Below are positions 36,401 to 49,100 of a DNA stretch of 64,000 nt, piece by piece. This DNA comes from Phoronis australis (Eukaryota; Animalia; Phoronida). The position numbers were made by a program, and so were the translations under genes. The notes beneath the pieces are model-generated. The model saw only the letters and a list, made by a program, of their open reading frames with translations, ran no database searches and was not told where the DNA came from. How positions within the stretch are numbered: position 1 is the stretch's first letter; the number at the start of each line of letters is the position of its first letter. The stretch is taken from contig NMRA01000298.1 in assembly GCA_002633005.1 (NCBI GenBank), positions 349,474 to 413,473 on the forward strand, written 5' to 3'.

Positions 36401-39400
36401 GCGCTCTATTTTCTTGCAATTGACACGAAAACACGAAATCGGATTGCTTGAGACCAAGAAGCAAAAGAACTCCTGTCAAAATCTAGGGTTGTGATGCAAT
36501 TTCAATTGTAATCAGATTCACCAGTCGTCTTTTCGCCCATCGCGGATGGTGAAAAAGCCAAGCCAATGACAAACGGCCAAACCGTGTCAGTCACAACAGC
36601 ACATCAAATTTCACAAACATCCATAACATTGCAATAAGGAGACGTTGCAAGGTTCTTTGGAAATTTAAGGTTTTGCCCCCACACTAAAGGTCATTTTGAC
36701 CCCATCACTTCATTTGAGTTCTGAGCCAGGGGACAATGTTTAGCTAGTATAGAGCCAAAAGTAGCGATTAGTCCTGTTGGCATCAATGAGCGCTAATAAG
36801 TTCTAGGTTGAGTTCTGTGGACACAAGAATCTTGCAAATACTGCGAATACTGCTGGAGTGTTTAAGTGCTTCGTTTGTAAGATATATGGCGATATCTCAT
36901 GAAGTCTTGTGTGATCTTGTGTTTTCGCAAAAGTCACTTGTCTAGGGAGAGCACGACTTTTATGACTTCTAGCAACTGCTGGGTGGCAAGTAACACTGAA
37001 TGCATGCAGGGGGGCTCGGGGGCTGGAACGAGCCCTTCCCTCCATTTGGCGAAGTGGGCAAAAAGGTCCGCCTCGGAGAAGCAAAAAACTCAGAAAAAAG
37101 TAGAAAACGAGACAAAAGTCCCTTAAAATGGCTAGAACAGCCAAATTTCGGCGAATGTACAATTCATAGCTCTGAACGTACTCCGTGAATCTCAGCAAAA
37201 GGTCCATATTCTCAAGATTCGAGCCCCCATTTTCTTAGGCTGGATGCACGCATGGGATGTGTGCTATAAGAATACTCAAAGAGGTGCCCATTCCGTACAC
37301 GCAGTGTATTCGTGAATTTGCAAGATCAGACAATTCTTCGCCAGATATCGCCTCGCATTACAAGCGAAGCACGTGGTCACATTAGATTTAGTCGCAAGAC
37401 TCATGCGCGTACGGAAATCAGCCTATGTTCTCGATGAAGTGCTCAAAAGATATGCCTAATGTCAGTGACATGGTACCATGCTCTTATACATGCACCTTTG
37501 ATACCTGCTACGACAATTCTCAATGGCGGATGTTAATTTGGCCATAATAGCAAGTAGTTTTCCTTAGAAATGTCGATGCTCTTTTCTCAATCACCTCAAT
37601 GGTTAAAGTACATAACACTTATGCTCATGGAAGCAAAATCTGAAAAGTGGAGGTAACGTCTCTTTACTAATAATAGGCAATCCATCGAGATAAAAATATC
37701 TCCAGCTTCAGAGTAGTCACTCATACATTCATTGCGCCGTCAGCAAAATAATTCTCAGTTTAAGTTGCATACCTGTAAAATGTATTAGCGTGATTTAAAA
37801 ATATCATAAATCTTCTTCGTTATTTTTTTGTTTCTTTGGTTTTGTTCTGGTTAGATAAACAACACATTTGCGGAACAATACCAAAACGAGATTGACCAAC
37901 TTGGATAGCGAGGTCATGCTGAACATTGTATGAAAATGTTAATCATGGGTACACTTGCTATGTTTAAAATTCGTTCTTGGTTCATTCTTATGCTATTGAT
38001 TATGACGCAAAGTGGTTGGATGCGTTGTTTACTGGTAACGCTCGGAGGAATGACACTCTTGTCATTATTGTGGTGGACAAGCCGTGGTGCATTTGGCCGG
38101 ATAGTTTAAGGGGAAGTAACGCACCAACATTCCTGCACAGGCCCCAAACCACCTCACAATCGACACCGATAGTGTGGTACATGTAGGCCATTTGAAGGGG
38201 GTGGTCGTTGGAAAAGAACCTGTATGGGAGCCAAAAAAGTAGTCGTTCTACAAATACCTGGGATCTCACTTTCAGTAAGCCCTCTCGCCAGAATGCAATT
38301 GGGTATATTTAAATTCTGATTAGTCGTATGGAAAGAAGACAGAAAACAAAGTCAAAGTCATTCATACACATTGGAACTGTAAATTTAAGTAACATAACCA
38401 TACGATCCAATTTGCCATCGAAAGGTTGCCTGGTGCACATTGCCAGCCGCAGATTCGACTTCCGCGAATACAAGATGCACACGGTTTGAGTTCTTCAATC
38501 ATCATTGTGTACAATACCTCTAAATAAGAGTGTGTTATGATAGTAACTGCAAAAACTTTAATTATTATCCATTCAAAATAAAACGAGCCATCACAAGAAA
38601 CGATCGAACATTTGCACCCGAAAGCCGCGATTGTCAGTGAGTGTAACTGAGGGTTTGCGCGACACTGCAATGTTCCTTGAATGGTTGCACTTGATCATAA
38701 ATTCACTCCATCGGGTCAACCGACTAAGTCATTTGATTGGTTCTCGTTGACGACTTTTAGTTACACGTACAAGTTACCCATATCATGTATATTTTTGCCG
38801 TAGAAACCAGTTAGAGTAAGTGTAAAATTTTTCATTTTTGCAAATCTCAAGGGATAGTTCAATATCACGATGGCAACTGACAAGAGATGAAAAGTCATGC
38901 TTCTGATTAAGAATCAACTGGAACCGGCTTTCGGTCAACATGAACTTTTGTTTCAGACATGTTTGAAATCAGACAAATACTATGCGTTGCCTTCACATGC
39001 TACACATACTTCAAGCCGTTACAGAAATTTCATCAATTGTCAATTCCTTTGGCAGAATCTGTTGACTCCAATCAATTACTGTGAGCTTCACGTCAGTTTT
39101 CACAATTTTTTTCAGGCAACAAGACACCAGCGCCGTCTGTGACTCCGTCCTGCACTCTCGGGTCGCTTCATTGCTCTTGCAGGTCCAAAACATTCACGCC
39201 AAGCAATAATCGGGTGAATTCTTCTCTCCGGTACGCGTAGACATGCGATTAGAGTAGAATTTGATACGTTTGCACAAAATCTCTGCAGCGAATAATGCGA
39301 GATGATCGACTTGGTGGTAAGCAAGCAGGTTGTCACGTGTCTACTTTTTGAAATCTCATATTTCCATTGCGTCGTATCCAAGTTAACTGTTGAGTTCAGT

Positions 39401-42400
39401 TCGCCATTTAGCCGTAGAAAACGGCTTCGTTGTCGACTGTCGTATACGCCTAATCAGAAATTTTATCCCATAACATGCAGCATGCAATCAGGTCCCAAAC
39501 GTTACATCTGGTACAAAACTGTTAATTGACACTTCTGTCTGTTTCCAATGCCAACTATCGTCTGCAAATCAGGCGCGGATTCCTCGCTAACTACAGTATC
39601 AAATACTGTTATCTACTTGTTGTCAGGAAATGTTACAAGTTAAATGCACAATTACCGTTGCTTTCATCTGTGTTATATGTTTTCAAGTAAGAAATCGTTA
39701 CATTTAAAACTGTTTCTTTTACTATAGAAAACTTGCATCCTATCGCGCAAGAGTATATACATATAGGTCGTGATCCGCCACAAGAACAGTCTGGGTGAAG
39801 TATTTAAAAAATTGCCGAATAAATGAAACTTAAAAATTCGAAGCGTACGGGATAAAAACAAAATTCGGTCTCGGTCGATACGCGGAATAATGGGCAACTC
39901 TCGGTACGTTTTGTGTACAGACGCAGAAATCTCGCCAAGGAAGTAAATGTGATTCCATGCTTCGATTGTAATGGCAATATCTCGCGACGTACAGTGTATT
40001 GCGTTCTCATGCGTTTTCGCGGGATTGTCCTCTCGTGCAAAGCACGCTAGGTCCCTTAGATTACGTGATTTTTATTACACCTGTCGGTCAGACTTTAATC
40101 AGGTACCCTCTGGTGACGTTATCGGGTACATGTACATGTACATTACCAATAGGCGAAATATTGAAACTCATCAGTGCACGAAACATGAATCGTCAGATTC
40201 CGTAAGGTCACTTGTCCTCAAATGTTTCGCCGCTTGCCATATCAGTTACACAGATAGCAGATCTACGGTTTTTGGACAGTGTCATGCTGGACGACTCAGA
40301 TTTAAATCTAGCACATGTTCTAACTTTACTATTTCTGGGTTCAGTTTTGATGTTTCTGATACCAATAAGGCGTATTTGTTAACCAGGGCTTGGAATGACC
40401 AATGACAAAAGACGCGGAAACTTTGAAACTTTTACGGCCCAAATCATGCCCGATAACCAGCCTTGAAACGGTCAATGTGAACCTTTCCCCGACAAAAATC
40501 GGGAGGACTAAAAAAAAAAAAAAAAAACGTTACCACCATCAGTAGCATGCGTCTGCGCTCGCCCGTCCACTCCCAACCCACGCATTTTTGGCTGCAGAGC
40601 GGTAGTATTTGTCGCCGCGCTTAACAATAGCAAAAACAACAAATTCACAAAACATTATCACAAGAATAGGTAAAACAGGTTTTCGGCGAGGCAATGAAAT
40701 GAAGGAAGGATTCGTGTCATGAGGCAACCAAATCCAGAGGGGAAATCCACGCTTAGCATGATTTTGTCTCCACTTTAACAACAGAAAACTGGGTAAAGTT
40801 CAATAGCTGTCTCGCGGCGAGAAAATATGGCCTAACTCACGTGCTCTTTTTGGATGTACGTGGCAAAGAACTTGCAAAATCTTGCTATCTTAGGGAGGTC
40901 CTAACGATGTTGAAATCTACCCTAGGTGAGTCACGAGCTGTACGCGGGATCGAAGACTCCGGGGCGGCTACGGCGGGCGGGGGTTTGTTTTGAAATTCGG
41001 CAAATTCGCCTATTTGCCTGTGGTTGCTGAACAGGCGTGCCAAATATAAACTGATAAAATGACCAGGAATTCCCAGTCGTGAGAGCTGAGTGCACGCAGA
41101 ATTCATCTTAAAGATGCTATGTCTCATTAAAACCGTGAATATTTAAATTAGCAGTAAGATCCCATGTGGCTTCCAGGAGAATTTTGTGTATAAGTACAAT
41201 CAGTAAGAGACTTGCAAATGAAATGCGTAATTAAAGAAAACACGACAACAGATACACTTAGAAAACAAGTGTGAGCATTAAGAAAACCCCAATAAGTCCA
41301 AATATTACATAATCGTTATTTGATAGTGAAATAAACATATAATAAAAACTGCCCAATGTTTTAATAGGGTAACGATGACATATTACCATGCTAGTTTACA
41401 TTAAAAATTGTCTCGCAAAACGTGAATTTCGCGAGATTGTAATGGTGATTGGTTTTCGGAAGGTATCCGGCACACAGGAAGACCCGGGGTTGTTTGGAAA
41501 CTAGTACTTCATTTGCATATTCACATTTTAGTAAGACATAGCACCTTTAAGTACGGGGGAAAACGGTGAAACAGTATTACAGCGTATGTTTGTTTTCTGG
41601 CATGTTCTGTCTAATTTCGTGATGGTTGTTCAGTGCGGTGGCCCAAAGACAACATCGTCCTGAGAGAGTTAAATCGGGATCTAGAGATCCTGAAATAATT
41701 TAGTCGAGATCTCGAGACCTCGAGAGAATTAAAAAAGAAACGCGCAATGTCATCTATAGACCACCGTAGCCTACTTCAGAGAGCACGGCTGGTGTCGATT
41801 TTTGGACGGAGCTGACTGCTGTGGGGCTCCCTTGCGGCAATATGTTTTTTTTCGCATCTGCAACAATATTTGTCAAATTAGTTGATGGTTTTTCTTGAAA
41901 TTTAGCATATGAGTTTCTCTTGGGGGAAGCACACGTGGTGCGTTCGGTTACAGTGGAGCTCACTAGCGGCTTCTTGCTGTTACGTTTATTATCTACCAGA
42001 CTCCTCGAAGCATCTTTATGAAATTTGACCTACGTGCTCCTATAGTGGGTCACGCAAGTACATGTAATGTTGATTTCCGAGTTGATCCGTCTAGCGTGGA
42101 AATATTCGAAAAGCGAGCACTCCCAATACATGTTAACCACTTGCGATGCACACAGTGGGCGCACATCAATCTCTCTGTGTTGCTCGTACTTGCAGGTCTG
42201 CCCATTATAGCTCCCTCTCACGTGCTTTGAGTGGTGCGACCTGGTCACGGACGCCAGCACCGTCCCCAGTATCCTTTGGCACAGTGCCACTTCGGTCCAC
42301 GCTGACAAACCAAACAAGATCCAAAAGCAGGTTTTCAAGAAGTCGGTCTTCCAACTGGTCGCGAACAAGTCGGCAAGCGTCCTCTTATGGAGTCTCATAC

Positions 42401-44065
42401 ACACCGACGTCATCTATTGAAAAGAAATTGTGTGTTAAACAGGGATTTGTGTACATGATTGATAGTTTGAACGAGGTTAACCCCGTTGTTATGTAATGAT
42501 TGCATGAAAATCAATGTCGCTGATTTTTTAATTTGACTTTTAAGCACATTAAAGTGTTGTTTAATAAATTACCACACCGCACATGTTTTACCGATAAAGA
42601 TGACGCACGATTAAATCATCATATTGTCCGTTAGTACCCAGGGGTACGTTGGCACCATTTCCTCACCTGTATAGCACCAAGTCCATTGAAAAACACCGAG
42701 GAAAGTGGGTACCTTGACACCGTGCGACAACCAATGGCTACTAAATTTTCTAACAGGTAGAGAAAGAAATCCATAATTGGTACCAGATAGGCCACGGCCT
42801 TTGATTTGGATACTCAGATTATCGTCAACGCAAATTATAGCAATAATGGTCCTATTGAAAATTAACTGCCAACATTTTGAGCTTCTAATAGTTTCCTTTT
42901 CCTAAATTAATTGGGTACGAATACAAGCAGGGTGTTCCAAAAGCACCCTATTTCATATTGTACCTATAAGTTGGCAACTTTCCACTTTTCTTCTGACTGT
43001 GATTCTTCCGACGCCAAAAATAATCAAACTGGACTGCCCGCTAAACAGTAGCGGTAACAAATCTTTAAAAATTTTTATCGTAAAATCGGTGGTACTGACA
43101 CAAAACCAAGTTCGCAAGATCTTGGTAGAAAGAACGTGCTTCACAGAGAGACAGTTGAATTTTGGTGACCAAATTTCGTGACTTGCAATAAGTAAACAGT
43201 TCAATTCAAGTGGCACTTTCAAATAAGAAATTAATTTAGTTGATCGAATCGCTAAGCGCGACTCAAACTTCTAAAACATTTTCGGGTCGCTGGGAAATGT
43301 GATAGTCAGCCATTTTGATACCGCAAACGTTAGCGAACGAAAGCATAAACTCGGTTCAACGATACACTTGGGCACTTGTTGTGTTGCGCATATTAAAGAT
43401 ATACAGCGAACGGAAGAAGAAAGTGCACGCCGCTGATGCGTGTAGTGTAGACAGACATGATCAGATGAATACAGGTATACATGTACGCTTGACAAAAACA
43501 TTGATAGTTGTCGAGTATCTGTGAACAAAACAAGTGAAAGAAATTGGCCTCCATAACGTTTCTTAGTGTTATATTCTTCGCCGGTAGGCTCTAGTGCGCA
43601 GTGAAAGTAACATGTGAAGGTGGAGCGACATGAAGTGTGGTGGACGGTATATTACTGAAAGTCAACACTTACATGTAACACCTGACCGCCACTAGACACT
43701 AAACAATTGTCAATTGCAGTCAAATTGCATGGAAGCATTTTCCTACTGTTAAACAGCTCACCGGGTGAACTTTTTTGTCAAATACAAGAGTGCAGCGCAA
43801 CCAACTACTGATCCAGGGTGGAGAGGCAGTAACAATAGGGCCTCGCTAAAATCTAGCCACCATCACGTGTTGTCATTTAAAATGCAGTAATATCTCCCGT
43901 AACCAGCGAAGCCTTGCTTTTTACTATGATCCTAGTGCGTTAGGCTGGTCTCTACCCCGGGCCAGCGTAATCTGTACATAAATGGTCTCAACGGACTCGG
44001 AATCTTGTGTACATGTATGTGCATGTATGGCTCGACATACTGTACATATGTACGTCAGTCGTATG

Positions 44066-44363
44066 CAGTGGCGGATTTAGAGGGGGGCCAAATGGGCCAT
44101 TTTCCTAGATTACATTTGGCAGTTCGGAGAGCAGCTTGGCGGCATCCCTTTGATCGTGAGCCGAGCGCGACTCAGCCAAGGTGGATAAATACGGTCTAGT
44201 TCAATTTTCCTTACCCCACCGTTTACCTTAACCACTGGGGTTAGAACCAATCTTATTTAGTGGGAATGTTCATAGCATGGTGCGAATGTTCGACGGACAA
44301 AATCCTGGCTAATACATGTACTTTGTCTTGCCTCCCCAACTCGAAATCCTGGATCTGCCCCTG
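44066..44363. mobile_element. MITE with CAGTGGCGGAT/GATCTGCCCCTG termini
   Basis: Terminal inverted repeats; the 3' part is shared with 29560-29645. Confidence 0.55.
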
Positions 44364-44619
44364 ATTTGCTTTCCCAGTGAACGTTTTGATAACTCTGCTC
44401 AAAGTGGCCGCAGTTTCAGTGAAGAGTGATCAAAACACAGTTAACGTACTAATTTTGTCGCTGCTGCATCTTTGGAAATGCCCTTGTGTTACCTCGCAGT
44501 GACTCTTTGGTGAGCGTGGCGTGACAGCATTGTCGGAACGATCCACATTGCTTAAATGAAGTGCCTACTAATAAGTCTAAAATGTAGGACTCAATTGCAG
44601 GTTGTTAGGGAAATTTTTA

Positions 44620-45303
44620 AGACACTATCAGCACTTTTTCTCGGCGATTTTCATGGACTTTTGTAATCTCTAAATATTTGCTTTTTCCAATTAGAAATGG
44701 CAATAACTCGGCCATTTGTTTAGATAAGGACATGTTTCATACATCAAAATGATAAGAAAATATTGTATTTTCAGAAAAAAATAGCAACTACGAAAATGAC
44801 ACATCCCGACTCATTTTGTGGTGCTGGGTCACATATAAGAATTTTAGTCAACTTAATGACCAATTGGCGTCAGTTCTATCGTAATTCTGCAGCTATTGTT
44901 GTGCGAATCTTTGCCGCAAAGGTTCGGTTTTCGGCGCCCCGACGTCACCTACCCAATTCTTGTATCAGCTGTTCTTCTTCCACGAGTTTTAGTATTTTAA
45001 TGCCAGCAAACCGAACTGCAGAACAAACTTTTGTGGCAGTGATCAGCCAAAAAGAATCGACTCTACGTTCAGAGTGGATTTTCAATGATCAAAGAGGCCG
45101 GAGTTAAAGTACTTCTCGTGGTCCATTTCAAAATCCGGAAATTCATGGTGTCGGAAATAATGTGCTCCATAGACAAGTAAATCGACGAATATCCTAAAAT
45201 GCGGCCAGTTGTAGGGCCTTCAAACTTGCAGTGGGCCCGAATATCGGCCCATTACCATCTCAAAAATATTTAAAAAATCACGCAAAGCCCCTCGATCGTG
45301 GCT
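44620..45303. mobile_element. non-autonomous TTAA-flanked DNA element (Kolobok-type MITE)
   Basis: Imperfect TIR AGACACTATC / GATCGTGGCT, with TTAA on the right and TTTA on the left; subterminal motifs typical of such MITEs. Confidence 0.4.
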
Positions 45304-45415
45304 TTAACCTCAAACAATCGTAAAAATATCACATAACCTTTAACAGTACAGGGAAATGGTACGTATAATGTATTGAATTAGGTTAACTAGTCACTTTTGT
45401 GGCTTACGTTAGCAC

Positions 45416-45448
45416 CATAGACTATATAGTACATGTCTATAATCTATG
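45416..45448. mobile_element. 33-bp hairpin micro-element with perfect 8-bp TSD (hAT-type)
   Basis: GTTAGCAC|CATAGACTATATAGTACATGTCTATAATCTATG|GTTAGCAC. Confidence 0.75.
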
Positions 45449-46792
45449 GTTAGCACAGATGATATTTCAATGACCAAATACCTGCTATAATCTACACTAA
45501 TTAGGAGACACTTTCTTTAGTTGGCAGAAGTAGAATACAAAATGCTCAAAATAATTTCGAAACCAATTGGACCAGATTGTAGCCAGCCAGCTAGCTGTAT
45601 GAAGACTGTCGTCAAAACTCAGCTACCACTCTGTGTGTACCTTTCTTCCGTAGACCCCGAAATTGCACACAGCCAGGGTAGTTCTGCTCGTCACCTCCGA
45701 CATGAAACTTGTATGTCCGGACAGGGTGACATCATGCAAAATCTGGGAATCAGCACGCAGCGGCTTTCCCGTTGCAGACGTTTAGGTGAAAAACAATGCG
45801 TAACTCTCCGTACTTTCTAACAATGAAGAGTACGTCATCGTTATGAAAACAGTACGCTCGTGTCACGCGCACGCGCCATTTCCTAAATGTTTGGGACAAC
45901 TTTGCAGCAGCAAAATTTAATCTCGTTTTTCGGCGATATCGAAATTCTAAAACCTTACAAAAAACGTGAAACCAGCTCCAATAACTTGTTGCATCGTGTA
46001 CGAAACCTAGTGAAAGAACAATAGTTGATTGAAGAATCGGCGAAAAAAAAATGGCCTACTGGTGACGCAATTATTTCATGCTGCCGCATAAAGCCTACGT
46101 AGAAGATCCGACGGCTCCCCAACTTTAGCAGCAGAATAACGATAGAACGCCATTTTTTCCAACACCTTTAAATAATTTAGTTTAATCAAAGGGGATTTTA
46201 GTTCTTATGGACCCTAATTTTGTGTCAGATGTTATCTGACCACTTTTTTACCCAAATCGACGCGAAGCTGTACATTTAGTCACGTACGGCTTTGTACCAA
46301 GGCTAACCAGATTTAAGAAATTGGACAATAGGTGACGCTCTATATCATTATCATGGCGCTGAAAGCATTGCATTCCCACAAATTTTAAGCCGCATGTGGT
46401 TTAAGCAGCAGAATAACGGTAGGACGGCACTGTTTAGGTGGTAAACCTTTTTAGTTACCCCAGTGGTCACATTTTTTTTCTGTTTTTGGCTTTCAAACTT
46501 GTCGAATAGACTCTCATAATTGCAAAAAACAGTAGAAACTAGAAAGCCAGCCGAGCTCATGGCCCAACGCATTTGTCCTGCAAGTCAGCCCTTGTTCTAT
46601 TTCCATATCAAGTCGAGCTCTTGTAGACTGGGTGGAGGGGGTTTTGGGTCGTGCGTCATGGGTTTGTGGGCCGTGGGTCGAGGGGGTCATGTGTTGAGGG
46701 GTGTGGAGTTGAAAGGGTTTTAGAACTATCCCACAAGAAAAGCAAGACTGCGAGATTACCCGCGATATTCAGATATTGGCGTGTATTCTGTA

Positions 46793-47242
46793 TTGCCGGT
46801 TTTATGGGGGTCGCTGGTTCGATTCCCGGGTTGGGTAATCCCGGCTATTACTACAAATGGCGTAGTCGGCAAAAGTATGATCTACCGATGAAGCACTGCC
46901 AACTAGTACCCACGGACCTCGGGACGGCGCGCGTGGAAGGTTCCAGGAGTCAAGGACCTGTATGAGAGACTACCTTGTGTTCACCTGTGTTGTGGTGGTA
47001 AATGTTCCATGGGACGTTGATGACCTGTATGCGAGACATCCTGGTGTTCACCTTCCTGGTCATGTGCCCGTTCCGTAGGGAAGAGGGGAATGTTGTAGAT
47101 GTGCTTCCGGTGAATTATATGAGCCTCTGTTAGCTACTCCCTAACGGGCAATTGCCTATTAGCTGAATGGTTAGCACGCTTGCCGGTTTTATGGGGGTCG
47201 CTGGTTCGATCCCCGGGTCGGGTAATCTCGGCTATTACTACA
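46793..47242 (+). mobile_element. miniature non-autonomous LTR retroelement (TRIM) with tRNA-like LTR (Helenus-like)
   Basis: Truncated 5' LTR ending ...ATTACTACA at 46855; PBS TGGCGTAGTCGGCA (46858-46871); PPT AGGGAAGAGGGGAA (47077-47090); full 3' LTR TGTTGTAG...CTACA (47091-47242) with A box TAGCTGAATGG and B box GGTTCGATCCC. Confidence 0.85.
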
Positions 47243-47321
47243 CAGTTATTCTTCATGAATGATGCCTGTTATTCAAATCAGCCCCCTAATACTCGTGCTT
47301 CAGACCAGCTGCTCAATAAAG

Positions 47322-47482
47322 TATAGTAATTGCTGAGTTTTTACCAGACTCGGAAATTAAGCTGGCGACCCCAAAAAACCGGCAGGGGTGCTAACCATAC
47401 AGGTAACACCAGGCAATTGCCTAGCTGTTAACGAGTTGCTTATGGAAGCAGATAATTATTCACCAGAAACATGTTTACAACA
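47322..47482 (-). mobile_element. diverged solo LTR of the same TRIM family, inverted
   Basis: Reverse complement TGTTGTAAACATGTTTCTGGTGAAT...GGCAATTGCC...ATGGTTAGCAC...GCCGGTTTT..GGGGTCGC...ATTACTATA aligns along the whole 47091-47242 LTR. Confidence 0.75.
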
Positions 47483-48063
47483 AAAATACTCTCAATCATC
47501 CTATGCAGGTTTCGTGGCTACCTGATAAATTCTAATATAATGGCAAACTTGTGTCATGTAGGGCAGTCAGTCCGACAGTCGGGATTAAGCAGTTACGATA
47601 GGGAGGGTTTGTGTACAGTGGAAAAGTCCCATTTTCCTCCAAGTCACTGTTTCCAAAAAGCCCCCATTAGGAGATAAAAGAATAAGACTTCTGTCATTCT
47701 ACCAGAATTTCATTGACTACTCTGCCCTTGTGCACAAACAAAAGAAATCACTTCTTGTGACACAATGTTTACACACAAACAGCGCCACCTGTCAGAATTA
47801 TCTTCAACAAGGTTTTTATGTTTGTGGGGCTGGGGGCTCTTTTGGAAATTCTCGATACTGTAAACACATTGTATTAATGAGTTAGGTGACTTGATATATT
47901 GTTTGATAATGGCCAGTGTTAGCATCCATGGACCAACTTGTTTCTGGGAAGGGACCTAGTCAAAAAATGATGGACATCACCACCTGACGTCTACATGTAC
48001 TAGTAGCTAGCTTAGCTGAAGTTGGCAGAACTTTTGCCCAAGAATACTCATCTACTTCCGAGT

Positions 48064-48315
48064 ACTACTTGAACCTGGTCTGCTGGACTGTATTTAACCT
48101 TATTCCTATATCCTCGGAGATGTCTCGTCACCTTTGATGAGGTGATGTTGTCACACAGGGTCTCGTATGTCTTGTCAACACTCATTATATGGTCAATTTG
48201 AATCTGGTGGCACTTGAGAGAAGGTTTTAGGCTTTGATGTCCTGTACCCCTCTATCAAGCCAGTTTTTCTCTTGGAAGTAGTTAAAAACAGTCCAACAGA
48301 CCAGGTTCAAGTAGT
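48064..48315. mobile_element. MITE with ~35-bp TIR just upstream of the first DIS3L coding exon
   Basis: ACTACTTGAACCTGGTCTGCTGGACTGTATTTAAC / GTTAAAAACAGTCCAACAGACCAGGTTCAAGTAGT. Confidence 0.7.
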
Positions 48316-48409
48316 CATAGTATGAAAATACTGGATACAGTTGTACAAACACATTAGCTCTGAAGTTTTCACTTCTATATTTAACTGACAGGCTTGACTA
48401 CATACACCT

Positions 48410-48551
48410 ATGATGCAAACTGACAGAAAAGAAAAATTGCTTCGCATTAAGAACCGACAAGGCCGTACGGTTCGTGTGGTCCGAGAGATATACTTGCGAG
48501 AAGATGTCCCCTGTGGAAGCCCAGAATGTATATCTGGCTGCAGCCAAACTG
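48410..48551 (+). CDS. DIS3L: DIS3-like exonuclease 1, coding exon 1 (MMQTDRKEKLLRIKNRQGRTVRVVREIYLREDVPCGSPEC)
   Basis: Matches the recalled DIS3L N-terminus ([29 protein letters not shown]); GTGAG donor. An acceptor at about 48391 implies an upstream 5'UTR exon. Confidence 0.92.
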
Positions 48552-49100
48552 GTGAGGAAATGGGAAATCATGATGATTAGATTTCATTCTTTGACAGAAT
48601 TTGCCTTAAAGTGCTTAATACTGCCATTCACCTTGAATGTTTTAACAAGTGATTACATTGTTAGCATCATTAAACCTTCCTTTATAGCATTGCATGTTGC
48701 AAATGTGAATTCAATATCCTAAAGTCGAGAAAGCTTTCTTAGATCCAAGGATATGGGCGTGACGTATGAACGCACCCAGCGCTAGTGTGTCATGTCTATC
48801 AACAGTGTATTTAGCCATATACAGATTTTAACTCGGTAAAAGTATGTTTCCTGAAAGTAGAAAGCCTAATAAGATTTGATTTTTGATTTGTTACCAACCT
48901 GCCACTAATGAAGTCATGTGGTCATGTCTTTAGTAGAAATTAAAACAATTATGGTATCAAAAAGATGACCAAATCTGGTTTTGATATAAATGCTCAAAGT
49001 CAAATCCAACCTGCTTTTACAGTTTTCTTAACTGGCGAGTTTTTCCGAGAAAATTGTAGTGCAGTTATGTAATGCAGTGTTTTGCCTTGTTCGTTTTCAG

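Noticed and set aside
35576-36457. 293-aa His/Pro/Ser/Ile-rich ORF, the longest in the ORF track
   Set aside because: It is the translation of the (ATCC)n simple repeat, with no domain content.
47154-47224. Functional tRNA gene
   Set aside because: Imperfect cloverleaf embedded in an LTR that is repeated at 46793 and 47322.
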